Shown here: positions 1 to 12,755 of the stretch, piece by piece
Position numbering within the stretch: position 1 is the stretch's first letter
How the letters are laid out: each line of letters starts with the position of its first letter
NCBI GenBank assembly: GCA_951406725.2
Contig: OX597816.1
Span: forward strand, 58,094,001 to 58,158,000
DNA length: 64,000 bases
Direction: 5' to 3'
DNA from: Octopus vulgaris
Lineage: Eukaryota
Notes under the pieces: generated by a model
Told to the model about the DNA's origin: nothing
Databases searched by the model: none
Seen by the model: only the letters and a program-made list of their open reading frames with translations
Made by a program: the position numbers and the translations under genes

Positions 1-41
1 TTTGGGATGTAGTTAACACAGACAAATTCATATTTGGAACT

Positions 42-204
<163 letters not shown>

Positions 205-206
205 TA

Positions 207-1471
207 CAGAGTGCGTAAGTTATTTGAGCACAGGTTTATGTTTATAAAAAAAACAGATATATAATAACATGATAATTTTATTTATTAAAAAATGTTATGA
301 GGATAAAAATGAACCTTTTTTTCTATAATTTTATTCAATAAAGCCACCTTCAGCTTCAACAACTGCTTCTATATGAGATCTAAATCATCTACATGCTCGA
401 ATCGAGTGGTTCATTTGGGTCATTACTCTGACTATGGCAGCTTTCAAAGAATTTTTGGTGTTATGGGTGTGTTCATTGACCTTTCTTTCAACAACACTCC
501 ACATGTAATAGTCCAGTGGACTGAGATCTGGGGAATTAAGAGGCCAAATGTTAGGGGTTATGTGATCATAAAAATTTTTAGCCATCCATTCCTGTGTTAC
601 TAGAATCATGTGTGATAGTGCAGAGTCTTACTGAAACACATATGGCCTTCCATTGCATACACTGTCTATCCAGGGCTTCACAATTATTTCCAGGAACTCA
701 ATGTACGCGGCAGAGTTAACTCTAAGGCCTTGTGGAAAGAAATAAGGAGGCATCACATGTCCTTCATTGCTGACAACCCCTAAAACCATGACCGTTGCAG
801 CAAATTTTGTATGCATAATACTTGGAACTTCAGAAGGGTCTGCACATAACCATCTGCCATTTCTTCTGTTAACTTTTTGATCTTGGTCGAAGTTTTTCTT
901 GTTTGAGAAAAACCAGATCATATCTTCTTCTGCTGGATTTTTCAATTTAAGAGCCTTTTAGATCTGATGTAGTGATTTTCTTTTGCCTTTTCTGACAAAT
1001 TGGTCTTTCTCCATAACGTAAGGCTTATATCTGATGTCTTCAAGGACAACATTTCTGACTGTTCCTTCTGACACATGCAAATCTGTTGCAATTGTTCTCT
1101 TGCACTTTCTGGGATTGTAATCAATGATCAGTTGAACTTGCTGAATAACTCCAGGTGTTCTGATGATTTAAGAGGGTTTAGAATGCTTTTTATGTTTCGA
1201 TACTGGTGATATGTTTCCATCTTCAGTCTCTAGCTCCTTAAAAACTTTGTAGACGAAAGATCTGGCAACATTTAAAAATCGAGATAATTCTAAATTGCTG
1301 TGATCAGCCTTTATAACCACGATAACAGCATGCCTAACAGCATGCCTCTTCATTTCTTGAGTAAGATGAGGGTTTGCCATTATTATTTTCTGAAGCAAAG
1401 ATTATACAGAGTTAGCAAAAAATACAGCAATGACCCCAAAAATACATGTCCTCAAATACCTTACGCACCCA

Positions 1472-1474
<3 letters not shown>
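207..1474 (-). mobile_element. Tc1/mariner-superfamily maT (DD37D) DNA transposon, full length but decayed
   Basis: Imperfect ~29-bp TIRs (CAGAGTGCGTAAGTTATTTGAGCACAGGT from 207 vs reverse complement of 1444-1472, CTGGGTGCGTAAGGTATTTGAGGACATGT), flanked by TA; transposase remnants inside. Confidence 0.9.
331..1380 (-). pseudogene. maT/DD37D transposase pseudogene
   Basis: Fragments WFFSNKKNF...VMVLGVVS...YVFQ*DSALSH...WPLNSPDLSPLDYY; 37 residues between the 2nd and 3rd catalytic Asp; internal stop and frameshifts. Confidence 0.88.
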
Positions 1475-1547
<73 letters not shown>

Positions 1548-1600
1548 GTATATGTATATGTATGTGTATATATATATATACATACATACACACACGAGGT

Positions 1601-1658
<58 letters not shown>

Positions 1659-1721
1659 GCTAACCTCATCTATACATGTCTCTTTATATATATATTGGTA
1701 AACAGATATGTATCAATGTAC

Positions 1722-1838
<117 letters not shown>

Positions 1839-1899
1839 CCAAATACGTATGTACCAACACACATATACGCATAATATATACATACTTTGATCTCATATA

Positions 1900-2100
1900 C
1901 GTAAACAGTTTTCTATTTAAAGGTCTTCGCTTGTACAATTACCTCCCCAAAGAATTGCGAAACGCGACCAAACATTCCTCTGAGACTTAAAGATATCTCG
2001 ATGCATCTTTCACTAACAAAGATCAGTTATCTGCAAAAGTCGACAATCAAAACAAGAAAGATCTTCTCAAATTTGTTGATCCACCAACTAGAGGTGCCAC
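1900..2100 (+). mobile_element. Diverged CR1-like LINE 3' remnant
   Basis: NSFLFKGLRLYNYLPKELRN resembles the LGFRGPQLFNILPKCLRD C-terminus of the LINE at ~8950. Confidence 0.55.
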
Positions 2101-2400
2101 GTATCACCATCGTCGTCGTCATCATCGTTTTACGTCCGCGTTCGCATGCAGGCATGTGTTGGACGGTTATTTTGAGGCAGGGATGTCCTTTGCACTACCA
2201 AACCTTTAGCCGCTCCTTGCAACAAGTAGAGACGCGGTATGGTTGTTGTAAAACTGAGGGTATACACGGGGGGTGGGGTACACATTGCAGCCATGTATAC
2301 TGAAAAATATTGCAAAAATAAGAAGACATAAGACTAAAGGAGTTGCGCCAGAATAGTGAAGGGTAAAACAAACTGAAGAGAAAAATGTATATATACATAC

Positions 2401-2508
<108 letters not shown>

Positions 2509-2597
2509 AGAGTTTACGAAAAAAACAAAAGACGAAGACAGGTGGTGTACAAAACAAACAGATGTATTAGTATAACGCGCTCAGGAATAGAAAAAGT

Positions 2598-2633
2598 CTT
2601 TTATGTTTCGAGCCTACGCTCTTCTACAGAAAA
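2598..2633 (-). ncRNA. Minimal hammerhead-ribozyme-like motif (CUGUAGA core) in a short TA-inserted repeat (2506-2660)
   Basis: Minus strand TTT-CTGTAGA-A-GAGC-gtag-GCTC-GAAAC-ATA-AAA; same family as 5321 and 51016. Confidence 0.55.
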
Positions 2634-2665
2634 GGACACAGATAAGAACAAGGAGATATATACAT

Positions 2666-2706
<41 letters not shown>

Positions 2707-2764
2707 CATATATAAATATACATATATTTGTGTGTGCGTGTGTGTGTGTGTATGTGTGTGTGTG

Positions 2765-3129
2765 AGGCGCAATAGCCTAGTGGTTAGGGCAGCGGACTCG
2801 CGGTAATAGGATCGCGGTTTCGATTCCCAGATCGTTTATTGAGCGAAAACGCCTAAAAGCTCCGCGAGCCTCTTGCAGGGGGTGGTGGCGAACCCTGCTG
2901 TACTTTTTCGCCACAACTTTCTCTCACTCTTTCTTCCTCTTTCTGTTCTACCTGTATTTCAAAGGGCCAGCCTTGTCACACTCTGTGTCATGCTGAATCT
3001 CTCCGAGAACTACGTTAAGGATACACGTGTCTGTGGAGTTCTCAGCCACGTGCACGTTAATTTCACGTGCAGGTTGTTCCGTTGATTGGATCAACTGGAA
3101 CCCTGGTCGTCGTAACCAACGGAGTGTCG

Positions 3130-3132
<3 letters not shown>
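2765..3132 (+). mobile_element. tRNA-derived SINE (family C)
   Basis: A-box TAGCCTAGTGG and B-box-like GTTTCGATTCC; body shared with 51918-52220. Confidence 0.75.
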
Positions 3133-3202
<70 letters not shown>

Positions 3203-3204
3203 AG

Positions 3205-4006
3205 AGAACAAGGTGTACGTACGCCGCAATAATATATGTATAAAAAATATATATAAAAATACAAAATGGGACAAGAACGCAAAACATTCAAATAGACGAT
3301 ACAAAAAACGGACGGGTCATTCGAAGACTCTAATCTTCAGTCAAGAACCGGATCATCCTCGCAATTTCGGCTGATTAATCTTGAGATTGCTCCGATCTGG
3401 CCAGCCCCAAGGAAAAACTAAGCTACGAGCATTAGATTTCTTGGAAAAAGGATCGAATGTATACGAAACAAGGACAGAAAAACGGACGATGTTACACGAA
3501 TATAAATACAAAACACAAAAAGTAATACGAATATAAATACAAAAAACAATAATAATAATAATAATAACAGGACAAAAGCAACAGGCGTCTTTCGACTTTA
3601 GACTGTTCAACTTAGCTGGCGTATTTGAAAAGTAATGCCTTACGGCAGATGAAAAAGTCGATGTTGTCGTGGCGCTGGTCAGAAGCTGAAAGGCTATAGT
3701 TGACCGGCGGTCACGGGAGAAGAGAAGAGAGAGAAAAAAGGGGCAAAGGAATTAAAGAGGGGGAGAAGAGAGAGAAAGAAGGAATTAAGGAGGGGGAGAA
3801 GAAAAAGAGCGTGCCAAGGATTGGCGGGACAAAAGAAAGGCAGGGTCAGTGAAGTGCAAAGTAAGAGAGGCAGAGAAATGTGAGAGTGGGGAAAGAGGAG
3901 ACCAAAGAATCAAAGAGACGAGAAAAGAGAAGACAGGAGAGAGGAGAGAGTTTTATATATATATTTTTTATACATATATTATTGCGGCGTACGTACACCT
4001 TGTTCT
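3205..4006 (-). mobile_element. PLE-associated ~800-bp repeat with ~55-bp inverted ends
   Basis: 3205-3258 is the reverse complement of 3951-4006; related copies at ~24790-25590 (+), ~58310-58910 and ~11725-11870; abuts a PLE RT fragment. Confidence 0.65.
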
Positions 4007-4138
4007 TTTATATGTATGTAAGCATTCCACTAAACTTTGTACGACTTCTACACACACTTTCTCTGTCTTTCTCACTTTGTACTTCACTTGTCTCTGTCTT
4101 TCTCTTTTCTCGCCTCTTTGATTCTTTGGTCTCCTCTT

Positions 4139-4306
4139 GTTGTCTGTCAGAATGAACTTGAGTGATTCCGTAATGAGGGTCTTGTGAATGCGGTCAGGGA
4201 ATGGCTCTGGGTGTTTCTCTAGCCAGAAATCAATTGCCTCAATACCATATTCATGTGGGATGTTGGTGTGGAGGTTGATGACATCAAAGGACACCAAGAA
4301 TGCCCC
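4139..4306 (-). pseudogene. Penelope-like reverse transcriptase fragment
   Basis: FLVSFDVINLHTNIPHEYGIEAIDFWL...LKFILTDN matches the PLE RT motif LVSFDVxxLYTNIP...FILxNN. Confidence 0.8.
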
Positions 4307-5034
4307 ATACACACACACACACACACACATATATATAAACACACACACATACACACATACACAAAGACATATGAAGACACACATCCATACATAACAGACG
4401 CACGTACATAGTCACACAAACCCATACACATAGACGCATTCAAGGTAGACACACGCGCGCGCGCACACACACACACACATACAATCATGCAATCACAAAC
4501 ACATGAATATGCAAAATACATATATACAAACGTACACACGCACACACACATACATGCATACATGCACACACATAATACATACATACATACACTCATACAT
4601 ACAATCATAGACATACATACATACATGCATACATATTTACATACATGCATACATACATACATGCATGTATACACACATACATACATACATGCATACATAC
4701 ATACATACATACATACATACATTCATACATACATACATACATACATACATACATACATACATACATACATACATACATACATACATACATACATACATAC
4801 ATACATACATACATACATACATACGTATATACACATGTACACTGATGCACACACATGCGCACGAGCAAACAAACAAACAAACAAAAAACGCAGCTCCGGT
4901 AATGGACAGAGTAAAAGCTATTGAAGAAGCTGCAAGAAGCAACGAAAATTAAAAAAAAAAAATGTACGAGTGGAAATCGAACCGGTGTGTATGTTAATTA
5001 CTAAGGCATTAAAACAGAATGACTCTCCTCAGAC

Positions 5035-5125
<91 letters not shown>

Positions 5126-5320
5126 CCAAGCATCCGAAGGACCCATCACTCAGACAAGTACAGGAGTACGTCCTCATAAGTGAAATGAAACATACCCCGT
5201 GCTAAGTAGGAAATACACATAGAAAATAGGGATAGCCCTATACCCACAGTAGTTACATACATATGATTGACCGTTAACTCCAAAAAATTCTTTTTATTCT
5301 CTGCTTATTTTCTCGTGTTC

Positions 5321-5355
5321 TTTTCTGTTGAAGAGCGTAGGGGCGAAACGCAAAA
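5321..5355 (+). ncRNA. Degenerate minimal hammerhead-like motif (CUGUUGA core) in a TA-inserted repeat (5123-5436)
   Basis: TTTT-CTGTTGA-AGAGC-gtag-GGGC-GAAAC-GCA-AAA; stem II and the cleavage triplet are damaged. Confidence 0.45.
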
Positions 5356-5432
5356 TACTTTCTCACCTTCCCAAGCATCAAACTAATACACCTGCTTGTT
5401 TGTACACCTGTCTTCGTCTTTTGTTTCTCTGT

Positions 5433-5471
<39 letters not shown>

Positions 5472-5576
5472 AATCTCTGAACGAGGTATACTTAAGTTAG
5501 CACTTATCAAAGCACGAAACTCTCGGCCCTTGAGTCACTCTCTTGCTTCTACTAAATATTAATATATATATATATA

Positions 5577-5800
5577 CCGGAGTAAACACATAAATGTGAA
5601 ACAATGTGGAAAAAAGAGTACTCAAATACCAGGAGTAGAGTAATATGCTTTATTTAAAAGCAGCATAAATTCAGCAAAACCTGTTACTCGGAGTTTCACG
5701 TTCGCGTTCGTCGGACAGTTTTGTTAAAAAAAAAACGACGAACGGGAACGTGAAACTCCGAGTAACAGGTTTTGTTGAATTTCTGCTGCTTTTAAATAAA

Positions 5801-5801
<1 letters not shown>
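5577..5801. mobile_element. Fold-back cassette with two inverted copies of an HHR-bearing repeat
   Basis: Arms 5648-5713 and 5736-5801; complete HHR motif on the minus strand at 5676-5722; same family as 53258-53430 and ~27060-27130. Confidence 0.75.
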
Positions 5802-5860
<59 letters not shown>

Positions 5861-5870
<10 letters not shown>

Positions 5871-6079
5871 ATTTAGGAATGGTCATTTTGCCAGTTTAGC
5901 CAATAAAAACACACGCACTATATATTTGGTGTTACTTTGCTTCTGTGTTATTTATTTTTTACATTAATCTTAATGTTATTTTATTGGCTAAACTGGCAAA
6001 ATGACCATTCCTAAATACAACAATATCTGTTTCAACACACGACTTCACATAAAAAATCTTGCACAACAAATATTTAAAC

Positions 6080-6080
<1 letters not shown>
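5861..6080. mobile_element. Short TA-inserted element with a perfect 48-bp inverted repeat and a one-sided tail
   Basis: 5861-5908 is the exact reverse complement of 5979-6026; flanked by (TA)n on both sides. Confidence 0.7.
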
Positions 6081-6170
<90 letters not shown>

Positions 6171-6212
6171 CAGACAGACAGCAGACAGGCAGATAGATAG
6201 ATAGTTAGATTA

Positions 6213-6261
<49 letters not shown>

Positions 6262-6768
6262 CAGATAGATAGATGCATGTGTTATCATTATAATGTTAAT
6301 ACTGTATATGCCACCTTAGTGTCGTGTACTAATAACAGTGTGATATATGGTACCGTGGAACGGGGTAGACACCAACTGTTGCCACTTGATGTATCCCCAA
6401 ATACTCTGCCAAATAACTGTAATCAATCCCCCCAAAAATTCTCAATGAACTATAACAACTTCTCAAAAATTTCCTGCAACTCCATGAATTCACGAACGAC
6501 ATCTTTCGACTTCCTGCGATTTCTCATCCCCAGCTCTCAGTCAAACACGCTGCTACCCTATACAAGTCCAGTAAGTCCATTCCCACAGGGGATGTCACGG
6601 TTCTTGCCATAAGAATAATATTATAGAACAGTGAGAACGAGTGCTCAACATCTCATTTAGTGGATTAGCAACGCTACCAATGGCTTCATGCGGAAAGAAT
6701 TAACCATCATTTTTAAGCGACCCACTTAAAATATATTAACTATACTCAGTGCATTTTCAACTTTAATT

Positions 6769-6885
<117 letters not shown>

Positions 6886-6904
6886 TACATACATATATAC
6901 ATAT

Positions 6905-9242
6905 GTCCATAATACAAGCCACATGTGACAAATATGTCCCAGTGTACAGGGCCAGCACACACAAAAACAAAGACAGGATCCCTAGAGAAAGGAAGATCAT
7001 ATGAGACGACGGACAAGGATTGCGAACCGCCTGAGCAAGCACACCAAAAGTGGTGAGAAGTCTCGGCTCGAGAGTATGCTAATGGAAATTGAGAAAAGTC
7101 TGCATCAATCCCATGAAAAGGAGAGAGCAGATAAAGAAGCTTGGGTAATAGGAAATATAAAGTCAAACCCTAAAGCTTTCTTTAAGTTTGCCAAAGAGAC
7201 AGCCATAGTGCACCAGAGAATAGGACCTCTCTTCCAAAAAGATGGCTCTCTCACAGGAAATCCCACGAGGATAAGTGAAATACTGAAGAAACTGTTCCAA
7301 AGTGTGTTCACTACACGGACAAGGATTGCGAACCGCCTGAGCAAGCACACCAAAAGTGGTGAGAAGTCTCGGCTCGAGAGTATGCTAATGGAAATTGAGA
7401 AAAGTCTGCATCAATCCCATGAAAAGGAGAGAGCAGATAAAGAAGCTTGGGTAATAGGAAATCTCTAGGACACAGGCAAGTAAACAATCCAGAAGGATTC
7501 TTTGCCACTTTACCTGCGGCTAAAGAGGCAAAAATTGAGTACATCAACATTGAAGATGATGATATCACACTAGCCATAGATGAGATTGACACAAACTCAG
7601 CTGCTGGACCTGATGGATTTCCAGCGATCCTTCTCAAATCGTGCAAACGAGCCCTTGCAAAACCGCTACAGCTTCTTTTTCAGAGCTTTCTTGCAAGTGG
7701 TAAGCTCCCAGTCAAATTGAAAGAGGGGGTAATATGCTCTATCCATAAGGGAGGTAGCAGAGCAGATGCTAAAAGTTATAGGCCTATCTCCCTGACCTCA
7801 CACATCAGCAAAGTCATGGAACGAATAGTCCGCAAGAAACTAATCATATTCCTTGAAGAAAATGACTTGCTGTCTGACATCCAGCATGGATTTCGACCAG
7901 GTAGAAGCTGCCTAACACAGCTCCTGCAACACTATGACTGGGTGTTAAAACAGCTACTAAATGGCTCAAATGTAGATGTAATATATCTCAACTCTGCAAA
8001 AGCCTTTGATAAAGTCGACCACGGTATGATTTGTCACAAACTGCGTGGTCTCGGCATAGGCGGAAAACTTGGAGAGTGGCTGCACAACTTCCTAAAAGAT
8101 AGAAGACAGGCAGTTGTGACCAATGGAGCCACCTCCAAGGAAACACAAATAACAAGCGGTGTTCCACAGGGCACTGTCTTGGGGCCACTGCTGTTCATAG
8201 TGGCCCTTTCAGACATGCCCTCAGTTGCTACGATGGCCACCCTTGCTAGCTATGCAGATGACACAAAAGTCTCCCACACAATACAAAACCCTGAAAATAT
8301 TGCGCATCTGCAACAGGAGTTGGATACAATATACAGGTGGGCTGAGGATAACAACATGCAGTTTAATGCAGGTAAGTTCCAGGCCCTGCGCTACCGGCAC
8401 ACAAAGGTAAACGACATGCAGACTAGATACACTGGGCCAGGAAGAATTGCAATCCCTGAGTCAAAATCAGTGCGTGACCTGGGCATTGACATGAGCAATG
8501 ATGCATCTTTCCAAGTGCATATTACTAATCTGGTGATAAAATGCAGACGGCTAGCTGGATGGATTCTCCGAACTTTCAGAACAAGAGAGAAGGAGACACT
8601 GATTGTCCTCTGGAAAACATTCGTCCTCAGCCGCTTGGACTACTGCTCCCAACTATGGTCACCACACAATATAAAACTAACAGCAGAACTCGAAGCAATT
8701 AAAAGAAGCTACACAAAGAATATCGTCTCAATGCAAAATATCAGCTACTGGGAAAGACTGAAAGTATTAAACCTCTTCTCCCTAGAGCGAAGGCAGGAGA
8801 GATATGCGGTGATATACATCTGGAAAATCCTGGAGGGTCTTGTCCCAAACTTTGGCATTCAAAGTTACCCCAACCGCAGAACGGGGCGCCACTGCATGGT
8901 GCCAAAAATTCAACATCACCATCAAAATACAGGTCCAGATACTGCAACAGCTTGGGTTTCAGAGGACCACAGCTCTTTAACATCCTCCCTAAATGCCTGA
9001 GAGACTTGCATGGTGTGGATGTGAGTTTCTTTAAAACTAAACTGGATCTCTTCTTGTCGGGGGTCCCAGATGAACCTGCCTCACGACAGGAGACACAGAT
9101 GCGGGCAGCGGCACCGAACTCCCATGTTGATCAAGTGCCACGTATCAGAGGTGGATTCACATATTAGTGTAGCTCATTCAGCGGTGGTGCCCCAGCATGG
9201 CCGCGGCCTTCGGGCTAAAACATTTTTAAGGATTTAAAGATT

Positions 9243-9243
<1 letters not shown>
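6905..9243 (+). mobile_element. 5'-truncated CR1-like LINE (RT domain plus 3' tail)
   Basis: ORF 7447-9000 with AAGPDGFP, YRPISLTS, QHGFRPGRSC, KAFDKVDH, SGVPQGTVLGPLLF, YADD; 3' tail CCCCAGCATGGCCGCGG...(GATTTAA)-like repeats. Confidence 0.93.
7447..9167 (+). pseudogene. LINE ORF2 reverse transcriptase, disrupted
   Basis: YLNSAKAFD instead of the usual YLDFxKAFD (catalytic Asp lost); frameshift near 8910; upstream part broken by a 146-bp insertion; no endonuclease domain. Confidence 0.85.
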
Positions 9244-9336
<93 letters not shown>

Positions 9337-9356
9337 TATGTGTGTGTGTGTGTGAA

Positions 9357-9640
9357 GGCGCATGGCTCAATGGTTACAGCGTCGGGCTCACAATCGGAAA
9401 TAAGTGAATTCGATTCCTGGACAGTTCACTCAGCTGTAGAAATGAATTGCTATATCATTGGTACCAAGTTGTATCGGCCCCTTTGCCTTTCCCTTGGATA
9501 ATATCGGTGGCGTGAGGAGGGGAAGCTGGTATACATGGGCAACTGCTGGTCTTCCATAAACAGCCTTGGCTGGACTTGTGCCTCGGAGGGGAACTTTTTA
9601 GGTGCAATCCTATGGTCATTCATGAGCGATGAAAGCTTTA
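9357..9640 (+). mobile_element. tRNA-derived SINE
   Basis: TGGCTCAATGG A-box and ATTCGATTCC B-box-like head followed by CAGTTCACTCAGCTG also seen at ~52028 and ~57962. Confidence 0.6.
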
Positions 9641-9790
9641 CATGTACATACATACATACATACATACACACATACATATATACATACATATGTTCCTATG
9701 TATATATGTATATATGTATATACGCATACATAACTTCTTAATATACATATACATGCATATATGTGCATAACGAATTTATATATATACACG

Positions 9791-9830
<40 letters not shown>

Positions 9831-10009
9831 GTACATACATATATATACATATATACATGTGTGTATATATATGTATACGTATGTATGTATATATATGTCT
9901 ATATATATATATTTTAAAACTGTTGTAATACTTACAACATTTAATAAAATGATGTAGTACAAAACGATTGTACCAAATTACCGGAATCATTCTTGTTGCT
10001 TATTTTGAT

Positions 10010-10070
<61 letters not shown>

Positions 10071-10380
10071 CACGTAAGGAAACATATAACGTTTATACAT
10101 ACGTATATCCATACATGCATACCTACCTACATATACACATACATACTTGCGCGTGTGTATGAAATTTTAAAACTGTTATTATTTCGAAAAACGTTTAAGA
10201 AAACAGAAGAACATTTACTGGTGCGGAAGGGGTGGGATGCGATGTGAGACCGAAATTTATGGCGAAAATTGTTTGAACATATTTCTTGTTCTTCAAAGTA
10301 TGTATGTTCTTATATCTTCATTATGTTGTGTGTGTGTGTGTGTGTATGTGTACATATACAGACACTATACATAAATATAC

Positions 10381-10456
<76 letters not shown>

Positions 10457-10553
10457 GGAGGGGGAGAGGGGGAAGAGATAGATAGCTAGATACTTATAGA
10501 TATATATATATTTACGCACGCACACATATACACACACGTACATACACACACAC

Positions 10554-10599
<46 letters not shown>

Positions 10600-10726
10600 C
10601 TTATATATATATATGTATGTGTATATCTGTCTGCATGCGTATTGTATGTGTTTGTGTATAGTAGTAGTAGTAGTAGTAGTAGTATGTGTATATCTGTCTG
10701 CATGCGTATCTGTGTGTGTTTGTGTA

Positions 10727-10775
<49 letters not shown>

Positions 10776-10932
10776 TTTTGTTGTTGTTGTTGTAGTAGTA
10801 GTTGTAGTAGCAGCAGCAGCGGCAGCAGCAGCTAGACATAACATGAACTTAGGTAGTTGCGAGTTAGTTTATTTAAGCAAAATATTTAATGACTAAAAGA
10901 GTGCACAATGACTTATAAACACAAAGACAGGC

Positions 10933-11019
<87 letters not shown>

Positions 11020-11226
11020 CACTAATATTTAAAGAAATATATTAAACACACACACTTATATATATATGTGTGTGTATGTGTGTGTGCGTGTCTGTGTATG
11101 TACACGTATGTATATATATATATGTGTGTGTGTGTGTGTACCCATTGATGTGGATGTATATGTATACTCCAGTATATATATTTGATTATCTGTAACCTTA
11201 TGTGTATGTATATTATTATATATATA

Positions 11227-11316
<90 letters not shown>

Positions 11317-11383
11317 CTTGTGTATATGTATTTTGTTTCATATTTGCATTTGCATTTGTATATTTTTATAATTGTACTTTATA

Positions 11384-11509
11384 ATCTCTGACGAGGCCTT
11401 GAGATATATATATAAGTAACTCATTTTTAACTGCATATTACCTCAATACATCTGACTAATATAAGCACAATGAGATACCTTTATCTACAGGCTGGAACAG
11501 CTGTATGAT
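11384..11509 (+). ncRNA. Degenerate long-loop hammerhead ribozyme (copy of 54098-54223) in repeat 11365-11655
   Basis: ATCT-CTGACGA-GGCCT...AGGCT-GGAAC-AGCT-GTA-TGAT; GAAA mutated to GGAA. Confidence 0.6.
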
Positions 11510-11657
11510 CCATTTTATGTGTATTATTTTATGGTATTATCTTACTTATTGATGTATATTGTTTTATTCTGTTGGATTTGGATGTTAATAAATAATATGA
11601 ATTGGTAATATCTGTAAGTCGATGATTGATAGGAATCTGTTCCTCCATTTTATTATT

Positions 11658-11724
<67 letters not shown>

Positions 11725-12304
11725 TAAATGGAACAAAAATGTGCAATAGGGGACTTTAAAACATTCGGACAGATAGACGACACAAAGGCGGACAGGCAAA
11801 AAAAGACGAGTCGTTTGTGGCTTTCCTTCCTCAGTCAAGTCCCAGAAGTCACGACAATTTCGGGCAGTTAGTATATATATATATATATATAATAGAGTGT
11901 TACCATCATATGAGAAAGAACTTTCGAAGTATAGTTTTGCTGGGACCACTAACATGAGAAAGTATGGCATAATATACAATGATTAGAATTTTGCAAATTT
12001 CACCAAATTTTTGTTTTATACCAAGTGATGGCATGAATAATAGGAATAACTTTCGAAAGAAAACTATTAATTACCTTAAAATTAAGTCTAATTAAACACA
12101 TTTCTCATTTATATAACTCGCTCCACCATAACTACTCTGTCCTTTATTAATCCTCCTCATCCTATCCTGTCTCTTTCACTTTTACTCTCTCACTGTGTGT
12201 GTGTATGGGAGGGTGTTACCGTCTCCTTGCTTTGATACAGCGTGACATTTGTAAACGATTGGCACCATCATACAAGCGATGTCCTTTGTCCGGTCATGGT
12301 GAAA

Positions 12305-12640
12305 TATTCTTTTCTACTCTAGTCACAAGGCCCGAAAATTTTTTTGGGGGGGACAGTCGATTAGATCGACCCAGTACGCAACTGGTACTTAATTTATCGA
12401 CCCCGAAAGGATGAAAGGCAAAGTCGACCTCGGCGGAATTGAACTCAGAACATGAAGACAGACGAAACACTGCTAAGCATTTCGCCCGGCGTGCTAAAGT
12501 TTCTGCCAGCTCGCTGCCTTGAAAGGATGAATGGCAAAGTCGACTTCGGGGGGAATTTGAACTCAGAACGTAGCGGCAGACGAAATACCGCTAAGCCCTT
12601 CGCCCGTCGTGCTAACGTTTCTGCCAGCTTGCCGCCTTGG
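12305..12640 (-). mobile_element. SINE family B (Meta/MESC-like core), tandem partial copies
   Basis: Reverse complement contains GAGTTCAAATTCC and GTCGACTTTGCCTTTCATCCTTTCGGGGTCGATAAATTAAGTACCAG, identical to the copies at 32324, 38060 and 39797. Confidence 0.8.
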
Positions 12641-12644
12641 TCGT

Positions 12645-12755
12645 GGGGGAATGTTACGAAGAGAATGGCATCCGGTTGTAGAAAATCTGCTTCAATATAC
12701 TCCGTCCGACTCGTGCAGGCATAGAAAGTGGACGTTAAAATGACGATGATGATTA
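12645..12755 (+). mobile_element. SINE/RTE-type 3' fragment
   Basis: GGCATCCGGTTGTAGAAA...GGACGTTAAAATGACGATGATGA tail; related pieces at ~2110-2200 (-) and ~41320-41465 (+). Confidence 0.5.

Noticed and set aside
2765-2835. tRNA gene
   Set aside because: A/B boxes run into a repeated SINE body and no full cloverleaf can be closed; the same applies to the other SINE heads.
5474-5530. CTGAACGA...GAAAC hammerhead-like remnant
   Set aside because: Core has an extra base and stems I and III cannot be closed convincingly; single copy.
7447-9000. 517-aa ORF as an active RT gene
   Set aside because: Catalytic Asp motif mutated, no endonuclease, frameshifted C-terminus and disrupted 5' region.
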